From contig CAVPXI010000015.1 of assembly GCA_963709585.1 (NCBI GenBank), positions 183,122 to 247,121 of the forward strand: a DNA stretch of 64,000 bases, read 5' to 3'. Made by a program: the position numbers and the translations under genes. This document shows, one piece after another, positions 10,068 to 20,004 of this stretch; within the stretch, counting starts at the first letter, position 1; each line of letters begins with the position of its first letter. The notes below the pieces were generated by a model. That model was not told the origin of the DNA and ran no database searches. It saw only the letters and a program-made list of their open reading frames with translations. Source of the stretch: Candidatus Dormiibacterota bacterium (GTDB lineage: Bacteria > Chloroflexota > Dormibacteria > Aeolococcales > Aeolococcaceae).

Positions 10068-11078
10068 TCAGTCCGCCATCTCCGTATACACGTGCAGCAT
10101 CGCTGTTTCGGGCGATGGCAGAGGCGACAGCTCCGCCTCGTCGGTGGCGCGGTCGAGCTCGAGGACCAGTTCGGCGCGCATCTCCTCGGCGTCACCCGGG
10201 TGCAGGACGCCGATCTCCTCGAGGGTCGCCTTGAAGCGGTGCAGGGAGTCCCGCTCCTTGTCCGCCTCGAGGTCCTCGGCGGTGCGGTAGCGACGCTGAT
10301 CGTCGTCCGAGCTGTGCGACGTCAGGCGCAGAACCTTCGCCTCGATGAGCGTCGGGCCGTCGCCGCGACGCGCGCGCTTCACCGCCTCGCGCGCGGTTCG
10401 GTAGCAGGCGATGGCATCGCAGCCGTCGACGATGACGCCGGGAATGCCGTATCCCTTCGCGCGATCGGCGACGTCCTCGGTGGGCATCTGCTTCTGCCAC
10501 GGCACGCTGATCGCGAAACCGTTGTTCTCGACGAGGAAGATCACCGCGAGCTTGTGAATCGCCGCGAAGTTCAGGGCCTCGTGAAAGTCACCCTCGCTGG
10601 TGCCACCCTCACCGATGGACGTGAAGGTCACCGCGTCCTCGCCGCGCATCCGCGACGCGAGCGCGATACCCGCTGCGTGGAGGAGTTGCGTCCCCACCGC
10701 CGATCCGGTGCTGATGATGTTCAGGCGCCGGCAGCCGTAGTGCGCCGGCATCTGCCGGCCGCCGCTGTTGGGATCGGCGGCCCGCTGGAGCACCGACAGG
10801 ATGTGATCCTTGGGGGTCATCCCGAGCACCAGCGTCAAGGCGAGATCGCGATAGTACGGGGCGATCCAGTCATAGGTGGGACGCAGGTTCATGCCAAAGG
10901 CGACTTGAACCGCTTCGTGGCCCTCTGCGGAGATCCAGAACGGCGCGCGTCCCTGGCGGTTCAGGACCCAGAGCCGCTCGTCGAGCAGCCGCGAGCGGAG
11001 CATGTGCCGGTACATGAGCCGGAGCGTCTCCGCGTCGAGGCCGGCGCGCGCCTTGGTTTCGGTCCGTGTCATCGCCAT
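10068..11078 (-). CDS. 2-oxoacid (branched-chain type) dehydrogenase E1 alpha
   Basis: GHEA, PYYRD, GRQMPAH, TPP motif GEGGTSEGDFHE..N, HSSDDD. Confidence 0.93.
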   Translation of the reverse strand: MAMTRTETKARAGLDAETLRLMYRHMLRSRLLDERLWVLNRQGRAPFWISAEGHEAVQVAFGMNLRPTYDWIAPYYRDLALTLVLGMTPKDHILSVLQRAADPNSGGRQMPAHYGCRRLNIISTGSAVGTQLLHAAGIALASRMRGEDAVTFTSIGEGGTSEGDFHEALNFAAIHKLAVIFLVENNGFAISVPWQKQMPTEDVADRAKGYGIPGVIVDGCDAIACYRTAREAVKRARRGDGPTLIEAKVLRLTSHSSDDDQRRYRTAEDLEADKERDSLHRFKATLEEIGVLHPGDAEEMRAELVLELDRATDEAELSPLPSPETAMLHVYTEMAD

Positions 11079-11141
11079 GTGCCGTTCATCCCTCCGAACG
11101 AAGCTGACGCCGCCACCCCTGCGTCGGCGCTCCGCCGCCGC

Positions 11142-12545
11142 TCAAATGTGGATCGCCTCGCCGCTGACAGCAAGGGCAGCTTCAGAGAGCACTTCACTGA
11201 GTGTAGGGTGCGGCGCGACCGCGTGGCCCATCTCGAAAGCAGTGGTCTCGAGGAGGCCCCCCAGCGCTGGGCCCCAGATGAGCTCGGTCACCTCGTGGCC
11301 GATGATGTGGACGCCGAGGACGGTGCCGTCTGCCTTGTCGGCAACCACCTTGCAGAATCCGTCGCTCTCTCCCCAGATCACCGCCCTGCCGTTGCCACGG
11401 AACGGCATGACCCCGATCGCGACCTCGTGCCCGGCGGCCTGTGCCTCGGTTTCGCTGAGGCCCATGGAGCCGATCTGCGGGGTGCAGTACGTCGTGCGAG
11501 TGACGAGCCGGGGATCGAGCGGATGCGGATGGCGCCCGGCGATCGCCTCGACGGCGAGCACGCCCTCGTGGAGCGCCTTGTGCGCGAGTTGGAATCCTCC
11601 CACCACGTCGCCCACGGCGCTGATCCCGTGCTCACCGGTGCGGAGCATCGCGTCGACGGCGATGACACCACGTTCGACCACGACCCCGGTCCCCTCGATG
11701 CCGATGTTCTCGACATTGGCCGCTCTGCCGACCGCGACCAGGAGCACTTCGGCCTGGAGCCGCTGTTCCTTGCCGTCCTCGCCCGCCACGGTCACGGCGA
11801 CGCCACCCTCGTTGCGCTCGATGGAGCCGAGGTCGAGACGGTGCCCGGTCAGGCATGTGATCCCACGTGCCTCGAACTGGCGTCGAAGCTCGGTGCCAAC
11901 GGCGGTGTCCTCGAGGGGCACCAGGTTCGGCAGCATCTCGACGACGGTCACCTCGGCGCCGCAGCTGCGATACAGCGAGGCGAACTCGACGCCCACGGCG
12001 CCCGCGCCGAGGACGATCGCCGACGCCGGCAGTCGATCCATCCGGAGCGCCTCGTCGCTGGTGAGGATGACGTTCCCGTCGGCGGGAGCGCCGGGAAGCT
12101 GCTTGGGCCGCGATCCCGTGGCGATGACCACCGAGCCGGCCTCCATCTCCAGCGCCTCGCCCCCCGGCGGGGTGACGACGAGGCGACCGGCACCGTCGAC
12201 GCGACCGCGCCCACTGATCACATTCACCTTGTTCTTGCGCAGCAGGAACTGCACGCCCTTGTGCAGCTGGCTGACCACCTGGTCGCGACGGCGCCCGGCG
12301 ACCGAGTAGTCGAAGTGGACGTCGCCGGTGGTGACCCCGAACGACTCCGCGTGACGCAGCTCGTCGAGCAGCGCCGCACTCTGAAGCAGTGCCTTGGCCG
12401 GGATGCAGCCGCGGTGCAGGCAGGTGCCGCCGACCTTGTCCTCCTCCACCAGCACCACGCTCAGCCCCAGCTGGGCCGCGCGGATCGCCGCCGGGTAGCC
12501 GCCCATCCCGCCCCCGAGAATGGCGATGTCAAATCGTTCGGCCAC
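11142..12545 (-). CDS. lpdA: Dihydrolipoyl dehydrogenase
   Basis: GGGMGG, GGTCLHRGCIP, GAGAVG, HPTLSE; start placed at GTG 12545. Confidence 0.95.
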   Translation of the reverse strand: MAERFDIAILGGGMGGYPAAIRAAQLGLSVVLVEEDKVGGTCLHRGCIPAKALLQSAALLDELRHAESFGVTTGDVHFDYSVAGRRRDQVVSQLHKGVQFLLRKNKVNVISGRGRVDGAGRLVVTPPGGEALEMEAGSVVIATGSRPKQLPGAPADGNVILTSDEALRMDRLPASAIVLGAGAVGVEFASLYRSCGAEVTVVEMLPNLVPLEDTAVGTELRRQFEARGITCLTGHRLDLGSIERNEGGVAVTVAGEDGKEQRLQAEVLLVAVGRAANVENIGIEGTGVVVERGVIAVDAMLRTGEHGISAVGDVVGGFQLAHKALHEGVLAVEAIAGRHPHPLDPRLVTRTTYCTPQIGSMGLSETEAQAAGHEVAIGVMPFRGNGRAVIWGESDGFCKVVADKADGTVLGVHIIGHEVTELIWGPALGGLLETTAFEMGHAVAPHPTLSEVLSEAALAVSGEAIHI

Positions 12546-12621
12546 TGGATCCTGAGTATATCGGCGGGGTCCCTCGACCAAACTCCGATGCGGTCGGCTC
12601 CCTGAAGCCGGCGCCGTCGAT

Positions 12622-13515
12622 TTAGGCCGACAGGAAGCGGCGAACTCCGAGGAAGCTGCCCAATGCGCCGACGGCGACCCCGCCGATCAGCAGCACGACG
12701 AGCAGGGTGATCGTGTAGCGGGCGTCGAACGGCACGCTCAGCAGGTTGCCCTGCGCCGCCTGCACGAACAGATGGTACGCGCCGAACACCACAGCCCCCG
12801 AGAAGACCGCAGCGAGCAATCCCCCGAGCATGCCCTCGAGGATGAACGGCCAGCGGACGAACCAGTCGGTTGCACCCACGAGCTTCATGATCTCGATCTC
12901 AGTTCGCCGCGAGTACACGGCCGTCCGGATCGTATTCATGATGATGACGATGCTGATGGTCAGCAGAATGATCGCGATGATCGCCCCGACCCACTGGATG
13001 ACCGTGATCACCGTGTTCAGCTTGCCGATGACGTCGGAGTTGTAGTCGGTAGGGGTCGTACTGTCGACGATCGGCGTGGCCTTGGCCTCGGCGTTGAACT
13101 GGCTGAGGTCGACGAGCTTGCGGACATTGAGGTTCAGCGACGCCGGCAGCGGATTGCTGCCGAGGACGTCGAGGGCGCTCCTGATCGAAGGGTTCTGCGA
13201 GGCCTGCTCCGCCGCTTGATCCTTGGTTTCGAACGTAACCGAGATAACCCGCGGGTCATGCTTGAGCCGGCTCTCGAAATTCGTGATCGCCGGCAGCGAC
13301 GCGTTGTCCGACAGGTAGATCTTCAGATGGCTCGCGTTCTGCTCCTGCCCCTGGAGGACCGTGTTCACGGAATGGGTGAAGAGCAGGGATCCGCCGACGA
13401 GAAAGATGATCAACCCCATGGTGAACACACCCGCCAGCGAGACACCAAGGTTGCGCCGGAAATTCTGGCCGGCGCTGTGGAGTGCGAACCACAGCGACGC
13501 GAGGACCTGCCTCAC
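12622..13515 (-). CDS. ftsX: Cell division permease FtsX
   Basis: NPLP, NTIR.....RR.EIEIMKLVGAT.WFVR.PF..EG; follows ftsE. Confidence 0.95.
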   Translation of the reverse strand: MRQVLASLWFALHSAGQNFRRNLGVSLAGVFTMGLIIFLVGGSLLFTHSVNTVLQGQEQNASHLKIYLSDNASLPAITNFESRLKHDPRVISVTFETKDQAAEQASQNPSIRSALDVLGSNPLPASLNLNVRKLVDLSQFNAEAKATPIVDSTTPTDYNSDVIGKLNTVITVIQWVGAIIAIILLTISIVIIMNTIRTAVYSRRTEIEIMKLVGATDWFVRWPFILEGMLGGLLAAVFSGAVVFGAYHLFVQAAQGNLLSVPFDARYTITLLVVLLIGGVAVGALGSFLGVRRFLSA

Positions 13516-14267
13516 AGGGTTGCGGTTCCTTCGCGCAGATAGCTTCCCTCGGCCTCGTCTCTGACCACGCGGCCGTTGTCGATGGCGATCACCCGGCGGC
13601 GGACGAGGTCGACCACCTCGCGGTTATGCGTCGCCATCAGGACGGTCGTACCCCGGTGGTTGATCTGCAACAGCAGCTGCACGATGCCCCACGACGTGTC
13701 GGGGTCGAGGTTTCCGGTGGGCTCATCGGCGAGGAAGATGCGCGGCCGGTGCACGAGCGCACGCGCGATCGCCACGCGCTGCTGCTCACCACCGCTCAAC
13801 TCGTCGGGAAACTTGTCGAGCTTGTCCTCGAGGCCGACGATCCAGAGGACCTCCTCGACCTTCTCGCGCAGATGGCGCTGACCCGGGCGGGTCACCTGCA
13901 GCGCGAACGCAACGTTCTGCGCGACCGTGCGCCGCGCGAGCAGCTTGTAGTCCTGGAAGACGATGCCGAACTTGCGGCGCAGCTTGGGGAGCTTGCGATG
14001 CGACATCCGGCTGATCTCCTGCCCGTCGATGAAGATCCGCCCCGTCGAGGGAGCCTCGTCGCGGATGAGCAGGCGCACGAGCGTCGACTTGCCGGCACCG
14101 CTCGGTCCAACCAGGAAGCAGAAGTCGCCTTGATGGATCGCCAGATCAACGTCGCGCAGGGCCTCCGTTCCGTTCGGATAGACCTTGCTCACGCCGTGAA
14201 ACGAGATGACCGGGCGGAGCGCGTGCTGAGGGGGGGCCGCAGATCGCTCCGCAACCGCCACGCTCAC
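13512..14267 (-). CDS. ftsE: Cell division ATP-binding protein FtsE
   Basis: GPSGAGKST, VFQDYKLL, LSGGEQQR, ADEPTGNLD. Confidence 0.93.
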   Translation of the reverse strand: MSVAVAERSAAPPQHALRPVISFHGVSKVYPNGTEALRDVDLAIHQGDFCFLVGPSGAGKSTLVRLLIRDEAPSTGRIFIDGQEISRMSHRKLPKLRRKFGIVFQDYKLLARRTVAQNVAFALQVTRPGQRHLREKVEEVLWIVGLEDKLDKFPDELSGGEQQRVAIARALVHRPRIFLADEPTGNLDPDTSWGIVQLLLQINHRGTTVLMATHNREVVDLVRRRVIAIDNGRVVRDEAEGSYLREGTATL

Positions 14268-14417
14268 CAGGCTGCCCCCTGGGGCGATGTCTTCATAGGA
14301 TGCTTTCTGGGATCGCTACTAAGTCGGCGGCCAGTATAGACCGGGGTTTCGGCGGACTTCCGCGATATTTCACAGATTGGTCACTTCCGTATGGGGATTG
14401 TCCCCGCGGCGGTCCGA

Positions 14418-15537
14418 TCAGGATGCCTTCGATTCTGCACCCTCGCGCGCCGCCCAGTGCAGGTATCCCTCGATGAACGGGTCGATGTCGCCGTCGAGAA
14501 CGCCCTGGGCGTTGCCCACCTCGACCCCGGTCCGGTGGTCCTTGACCATCGTGTATGGGTTGAGCACGTAGGAGCGGATCTGGCTCCCCCATTCGGCGGC
14601 GATCAGTTCGCCCTTGAGATCGGCGATCTTCTGGGCATGAGCGGCCTGCTGTAGCGCGAGCAGCCGGGAGCGGAGCACTCGCCAGGCGACGTCCCGGTTC
14701 TGCTGCTGCGATCGCTCGTTCTGGCAGGTGACCACGACGCCTGTCGGGATGTGGGTCAGCCGGACCGCGGACGAGGTCTTGTTCACGTGCTGGCCCCCGG
14801 CGCCGCTCGAGCGGAACACGTCGGTGCGGACGTCGTCCGGATCGATCTCGACGGTGACGGTGTCCTCGATCTCCGGGGTCACCTCGACCAGCACGAAGGA
14901 CGTGTGGCGGCGATGGGCGGCGTCGAACGGACTGATCCGGACCAGCCGGTGGACCCCATGCTCGCCCTTGAGCAGGCCGTAGGCCCGGGAGCCGGACACA
15001 CGGATGGTCGCCGACTTGATCCCCGCCTCGTCGCCCACCGATTCCTCGAGGAACTCGACGGGCATCCGATGCTGCTCAGCCCAGAGGAGGTACATGCGCA
15101 GGAGCATCTGCGCCCAGTCCTGGGAATCCGTCCCGCCGGCGCCGGCGTGGATCCCGATCAGGGCCACGTGGTCGGTGTAGGGGTCGGTGAACAGGAGATC
15201 GATCTGGCGCCGTCCGACCTCCTTCTCGAGGGAGCGGAGCTCCTTCTCGACGTCGGCGGTGACCGCCTCGTCCGGCTCCGCGTCGACCATCGCCGCCAGC
15301 TCGCGGGCGTCACTGGCGCGCTGCGTCAAGGATTCCCAGGTGCTCAGGTCGTCACGAATACGCGCCGCTTCCTGGTTGAGCGATGCCGCACGCTTTGGAT
15401 CGTCCCAGAGGTCCGGCGCCGCGATCTCCTGGTCGAGTTCGATCAGGCGGACTCGTTTCCCGTCGAGGTCAAAGATGCCCCTGGAGCTCGGCAATGCGGG
15501 CGGCGACGTCGTTGGCGCGTTCTGCAAGCTCGCTCAT
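14418..15537 (-). CDS. prfB: Peptide chain release factor 2 with programmed +1 frameshift
   Basis: MSELAERANDVAARIAELQGHL, then CTT TGA C with internal SD AGGGG; SPF and GGQ motifs in the +1 frame. Confidence 0.97.
15468..15483 (-). other. RF2 autoregulatory +1 frameshift site
   Basis: CAGGGGCAT CTT TGA C. Confidence 0.95.
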
Positions 15538-15562
15538 GTGGCGAGTATTCCACAATGAAGTG

Positions 15563-16585
15563 ATGCAAACCGTCGCGGCCGTCTCGTCTGACGCGATCGG
15601 CGACCTGTTCCCCGATATGCCGCGGGCCTTCGATTTCGACGACGTGTCGCTGGTGCCGCGCATCCCGTCGACGCTCGCGCACCGGACCGAAGCCCTCCCG
15701 GCCATGGACTTCGGGCCGGTGCGGCTGACCGTCCCGTTGATCGGGTCGCCGATGCCGGACGTCTGCGGCGTCGACATGTGCCGCGCTCTCGGCGAGCACG
15801 GCGCCCTCGGGATCCTGCCTCGCTTCCAGCCCATCGATGAGCAGGCCGCCGAGCTTCGCGACGTCGCGGCCGCGGGCGGCCCCGTCGCTGCCGCGCTCGG
15901 CGTCACCGGCGATTACCGCGACCGTTTCGCACGCATCGTCGAGTCCGGCTGCAGGATCGTGTGCCTTGACACGGCCAACGGCGCGCACGAGCAGGTCGGC
16001 CATGCGGTGCGATGGGTGCACGACCAGGATGCCGCGGTATTCCTCATCGCCGGCAACGTCGCGACCGCCGAGACATTCCGGTGGCTCGAGGACCAGGGGG
16101 TGGACGCGATCCGGGTGGGGATCGCCGGCGGGTCGGTGTGCGAGACCCGCACCGAGACAGGCGTGCACGCCCCGACGCCCTACAGCGTCTCCGAATGTGC
16201 CCGGGTCCGCCGGCACGCTCTGATCATCGCTGATGGAGGGATCCGCAGCCCAGCCGACATGTGCAAGCTCCTCGCGCTGGGCGCGGACTGCGTCATGGTC
16301 GGCTCCGCGCTCGCCGGGACCTACGAAGCCCCGGGACGCGTGATCGTCGTCGACGGGAAGAAGTTCAAGATCATGCGCGGCGCCGCCTCGTTCTCGGTGC
16401 AGCAGGAATTCGCCGGCGAGGATCCCGAGTACATCGAGGGAGCCAAGTCGATCGTGGCGTACAAGGGCAGGGTCGCCGATGTGATCCAGCGCTACGTGGC
16501 CGGACTGCGCAGCTCGATGTCGTACATGGACGCGCGCACCCTCGACGAATACCGGAGCAACGCGAGCTTCATCCGGATGCGCTAG
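15563..16585 (+). CDS. IMPDH/GMP reductase family protein lacking CBS domains
   Basis: FDDVSLVP, SPM, GNVAT, VGIAGGSVCETR, ADGGI, EAPG, YKG; no RY dyad in the flap. Confidence 0.85.
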   Translation: MQTVAAVSSDAIGDLFPDMPRAFDFDDVSLVPRIPSTLAHRTEALPAMDFGPVRLTVPLIGSPMPDVCGVDMCRALGEHGALGILPRFQPIDEQAAELRDVAAAGGPVAAALGVTGDYRDRFARIVESGCRIVCLDTANGAHEQVGHAVRWVHDQDAAVFLIAGNVATAETFRWLEDQGVDAIRVGIAGGSVCETRTETGVHAPTPYSVSECARVRRHALIIADGGIRSPADMCKLLALGADCVMVGSALAGTYEAPGRVIVVDGKKFKIMRGAASFSVQQEFAGEDPEYIEGAKSIVAYKGRVADVIQRYVAGLRSSMSYMDARTLDEYRSNASFIRMR

Positions 16586-16619
16586 CGGCGCCGTTCGGGG
16601 CGTACATGGCGAGAACGGG

Positions 16620-17591
16620 ATGAAGGCGATCGTCCGTTACGAGTACGGTTCTCCCGAGGTTCTCGAACTCCGAGAGCTCGACATCCCGGTCGTGGATGAC
16701 AAGACCGTGCTGGTGCGGGTTCGCGCCGCGTCCTTGAATTCAGGCGACCTGGAATCGCTGTACGGCAGGCCACTGATTGCGCGGGGCACCGGGCTGCGCA
16801 AGCCGCGCAACCGCGGGCTGGGAGTCGATGTGGCAGGCGTAGTCGAGGCTGTAGGCAAAGCTGTGACTGAGTTTCACCCAGGCGACGAGGTGTTCGGGGA
16901 TCTGACCCAGCATGGCTTGGGCGCATTTGCCGAATACGTCTGTGCCCCACCGCGTGCCTTCGCCGTGAAACCAGGCCAGATGACCTTCGAGGAAGCAGCG
17001 ACCGTCCCGCAATCGGCAATCCTCGCTCTCCAGGGTTTTCGCGGCAAGCGACCGATCCAGCCCGGGGAGCGGGTCTTGATCAACGGCGCAGGCGGGAACG
17101 TGGGTCCCTTCGCGGTGCAGATCGCCAAGTCGTTCGGAGCCGAGGTGACCGGAGTGGACCGTACAAGCAAATTGGAGATGCTGCGCTCGATCGGCGCAGA
17201 CCATGTCATCGACTTCACCCGAGAGGACTTCACGCGAAGCGGGCAGCGCTATGACCGGATCCTCGATCTCGTGGCCCGTCGTTCGATGTTCGACTGCAAG
17301 CGCGCGCTACGTCCAAAGGGGATCTACGTACTACAGGGAGCCTCCACGGCTCGCCTGCTCGAAGGTGCGGTTCTGGGACCGCTGATTTCGATGAGCAGAA
17401 GCACGACGATGAGGGTGATGTGGTGGTGGAAGCCATTCAAGAAGGAAGACGTGCTGGCCTTGAAGGAGCTGATCGAAGCTGGGAGCGTGGCCCCGGTCAT
17501 TGACCGACGCTACCCGCTGAGTGAAGTCCCTGCAGCTCTCGAATACCTGCGGGAAGGCAACTCTCGAGGAAAAGTCGTCATCACCATGTGA
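16620..17591 (+). CDS. NAD(P)-dependent MDR-family oxidoreductase (quinone oxidoreductase-like)
   Basis: MKAIV..YGSPEVL, GDEVFG, NGAGGNVG, GADHVID, PVIDRRYPL, GKVVI. Confidence 0.9.
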   Translation: MKAIVRYEYGSPEVLELRELDIPVVDDKTVLVRVRAASLNSGDLESLYGRPLIARGTGLRKPRNRGLGVDVAGVVEAVGKAVTEFHPGDEVFGDLTQHGLGAFAEYVCAPPRAFAVKPGQMTFEEAATVPQSAILALQGFRGKRPIQPGERVLINGAGGNVGPFAVQIAKSFGAEVTGVDRTSKLEMLRSIGADHVIDFTREDFTRSGQRYDRILDLVARRSMFDCKRALRPKGIYVLQGASTARLLEGAVLGPLISMSRSTTMRVMWWWKPFKKEDVLALKELIEAGSVAPVIDRRYPLSEVPAALEYLREGNSRGKVVITM

Positions 17592-17640
17592 GGCGTCGAT
17601 CGCCACCCGGCCAACCTCTGGCGCCTCGTGAAATAGAGGG

Positions 17641-17670
17641 AGCCCGGCCGGGGCGAGGCCCGACCGGGCT
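17641..17670. terminator. GC-rich hairpin between convergent genes
   Basis: AGCCCGGCCGGG...CCCGACCGGGCT inverted repeat. Confidence 0.45.
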
Positions 17671-17724
17671 GGTCCAGTGCGCCGGAGACCATTTCAGGGC
17701 CACGGCAGCAAGTCGTGAGCCGTG

Positions 17725-18444
17725 CTAGCTCGCCAGTCGGGCGGCGAGGATGCGCTTCGCGGGCTTTGCCGCCCTCACGCCGATAACGAGTAGGTACACC
17801 ACCATCCAGGGCTCGGCGATTGCCGGCACGATGCTCGTGAAGGCGTGAATCCGCTTGTCAAGGTCGGGGATCAGGAAGGCGGCCAGCATGTCCACCAGGT
17901 AGGAGACGCTGGCGACAACCAGCACGATCCCCAGCGGCTTGGGGAAACACCCTGACTTGTAGGCGAGATACCCGAGCGGCGCCAGCCACAGGCCGAAGAA
18001 GATCTGCGCGGTGAGCAGCCCGTAGTGCTGAGCATCGAGCAGGAGCAACACGAGGGCATTCGAACCGCCGATACCGAGGGTGGCCGCGTTGACCCCACCG
18101 GTTGCGACCCGCAAGCCCTCGAACTCGAAGACGGCACTGACGCAGGTGATGGCAGCAGCGAGTGCGACAAAGACGAGCATCGCCCTGGCCGCGCTCTTGT
18201 GCACGTCTTTGAGGAGCATGTAGAGGGCGAGGGCCGTGAAGACAAAGAACGTCCCGTCGAGCAGGTCGGAGACGATGCCCATACGAAGCAGACCGGCGTT
18301 GGCGACCACGTTCCCGGCGGTGGCCGCCGCGTTGCCGGCGACGTACATCTTGGGCTCCACGAATCCTTCGGCAAAGCCGCCGAAGATGCCGACGAGCAGG
18401 TAGAGGCCGCCGGCGATTCTCGCGAGGCGCTTGGGTGGGGTCAT
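17725..18444 (-). CDS. DUF4386-like multi-pass membrane protein
   Basis: ARIAGGLYL, QIFFGLWL.PLGYL.YKSG..PK; divergent from TetR; ATG at 18444. Confidence 0.8.
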   Translation of the reverse strand: MTPPKRLARIAGGLYLLVGIFGGFAEGFVEPKMYVAGNAAATAGNVVANAGLLRMGIVSDLLDGTFFVFTALALYMLLKDVHKSAARAMLVFVALAAAITCVSAVFEFEGLRVATGGVNAATLGIGGSNALVLLLLDAQHYGLLTAQIFFGLWLAPLGYLAYKSGCFPKPLGIVLVVASVSYLVDMLAAFLIPDLDKRIHAFTSIVPAIAEPWMVVYLLVIGVRAAKPAKRILAARLAS

Positions 18445-18461
18445 CGAGGGTCTCCCTTGAA

Positions 18462-18545
18462 CATACGCTGTAAGCTTAGGTTGTAAGTTACACTTACGCA
18501 GTAAGTTTGTCAAGGGCGGCTTTCGGGCAGAACTTACCTTGTACG
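18462..18545. promoter_or_regulatory. Four CTTAC-N3-GTAAG palindromic operators (TetR-family sites)
   Basis: CATACgctGTAAG 18462, CTTAGgttGTAAG 18475, CTTACgcaGTAAG 18493, CTTACcttGTACG 18533. Confidence 0.75.
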
Positions 18546-18564
18546 TTAAAGTCAGCCGCGGAGG

Positions 18565-19245
18565 ATGCAGGTGGCCACCCAAACCGCCCGAAGCGCCAAG
18601 CCCCGAGCCCCATTGAGCCGGGAGCGGGTACTGCGCGCCGCCCTCTTTCTCGCCGACGACGGCGGGATCGAGTCCCTCACCATGCGTCGGCTCGGACAGG
18701 AGCTCCAGGTCGAGGCGATGTCCCTCTACAACCACATCGCCGGCAAGGACGACATCCTCGATGGCATCGTGGACCTCGTTTTCAGCGAGATTGCCCTGCC
18801 GCCGGACTCCGGCGACTGGAAGACGGCGATGCGTCAGCGAGCGATCTCTGCACGCAACGCCCTGATGCGCCACCCCTGGGCGACCAGCCTGATGCAGTCG
18901 CGGACCAAACCCGGCCCCGCGACCCTCCGGCACCACGACTCGGTGATCGGCAGCCTTCGGAGGGCGGGATTCACCATCGACATGGCCGCCCACGCCTTCT
19001 CCGTTATGGACGGCTACATCTACGGCTTTTCACTGCAGCAGGTGAACCTGCCATCCCACACCACGGAGGAGAGTGCAGTGCTCGCAGAGAGCATTCTCCG
19101 TGAGCTGCCCGCTCACGAGTACCCGTATCTGGCGGAGATGATCGTCGAGCACGCGCTCAAGCCCGGCTACGACTACGGTGAGGAGTTCGAGTTCGGGCTG
19201 GATCTGATCCTCGCCGGCCTCGAAGGGCTCCGAAGCGCCGCCTGA
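18565..19245 (+). CDS. TetR/AcrR family regulator with TetR_C domain
   Basis: LSRERVL.AA, LTMRRL...L.VEAMSLY.H...KD HTH, FEFGLDLIL.GL. Confidence 0.93.
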   Translation: MQVATQTARSAKPRAPLSRERVLRAALFLADDGGIESLTMRRLGQELQVEAMSLYNHIAGKDDILDGIVDLVFSEIALPPDSGDWKTAMRQRAISARNALMRHPWATSLMQSRTKPGPATLRHHDSVIGSLRRAGFTIDMAAHAFSVMDGYIYGFSLQQVNLPSHTTEESAVLAESILRELPAHEYPYLAEMIVEHALKPGYDYGEEFEFGLDLILAGLEGLRSAA

Positions 19246-19353
19246 TGCCGAACGTAGCCATGCACGCGGCCCATATGAAAGCAGTTGTCCACGAACAGGC
19301 ACGGCCCCGCGGAGGTACCGCGACCCGACAACGCCGATCGGCCGGTCCTTGCG

Positions 19354-19959
19354 TCAGCTCAATTCGGCGATCAACTCCTCAGACGTCATCGGCTTGGAGA
19401 ACATCGGGTAGTCGTACTTGATGGCGTTGTCGTGCTCTTCCACCGAGGTTGCTGCGACGCAATCGCTCAGGGTGATGACCTCGTAGCCGTTCTCGTAGCC
19501 GCTGCGCATGGTGGACTCAACGCAACAGTTGGTGAGGAACCCACCCAGCACGATCGTCGAGATTCCCTTGCTGCGCAGGATGAAGTCCAGGTTCGTGCTC
19601 GCGAATGTGTCGAGCCCGCGCTTGCCCTCGATGACGATGTCCCCGTCCTGCGGATCGAGCTCCTCGGTGATCGCCGCTCCCCAGGTGCCCTTGACGAACG
19701 CGTTGCCGTCGACGACTCCTTTGAGGATGCCGTAGGGGTGCGAGCTGATCTCGTTGTACCCCTTCGCAAACATGATCGGCGCGTGCATGATGGTCGCGCC
19801 AGCTGACCGGGCCGCCTCGACCACGCGCTCGGTGTTGGCGAGCATGTCGGTCTTCTCCATCACCGCCTCGACGGCACCGTGAAGAACGCCACCCTCTGAG
19901 GTGAAGTCGTTCTGATACTCGATGAGCACGACAGCAGTCGTGGCCGGGTCGATCGCCAT
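19354..19959 (-). CDS. Isochorismatase-family cysteine hydrolase
   Basis: IEYQNDF, GKRGLDTF, GFLTNCCVEST.R. Confidence 0.9.
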   Translation of the reverse strand: MAIDPATTAVVLIEYQNDFTSEGGVLHGAVEAVMEKTDMLANTERVVEAARSAGATIMHAPIMFAKGYNEISSHPYGILKGVVDGNAFVKGTWGAAITEELDPQDGDIVIEGKRGLDTFASTNLDFILRSKGISTIVLGGFLTNCCVESTMRSGYENGYEVITLSDCVAATSVEEHDNAIKYDYPMFSKPMTSEELIAELS

Positions 19960-20004
19960 CTCGAGATCCTCCTCAAGCCGGTCCGTCACCGTTTACCCGT
20001 CAGG

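Noticed and set aside
15460-15490. In-frame stop in prfB as a novelty
   Set aside because: This is the well-known RF2 CTT-TGA autoregulatory frameshift.
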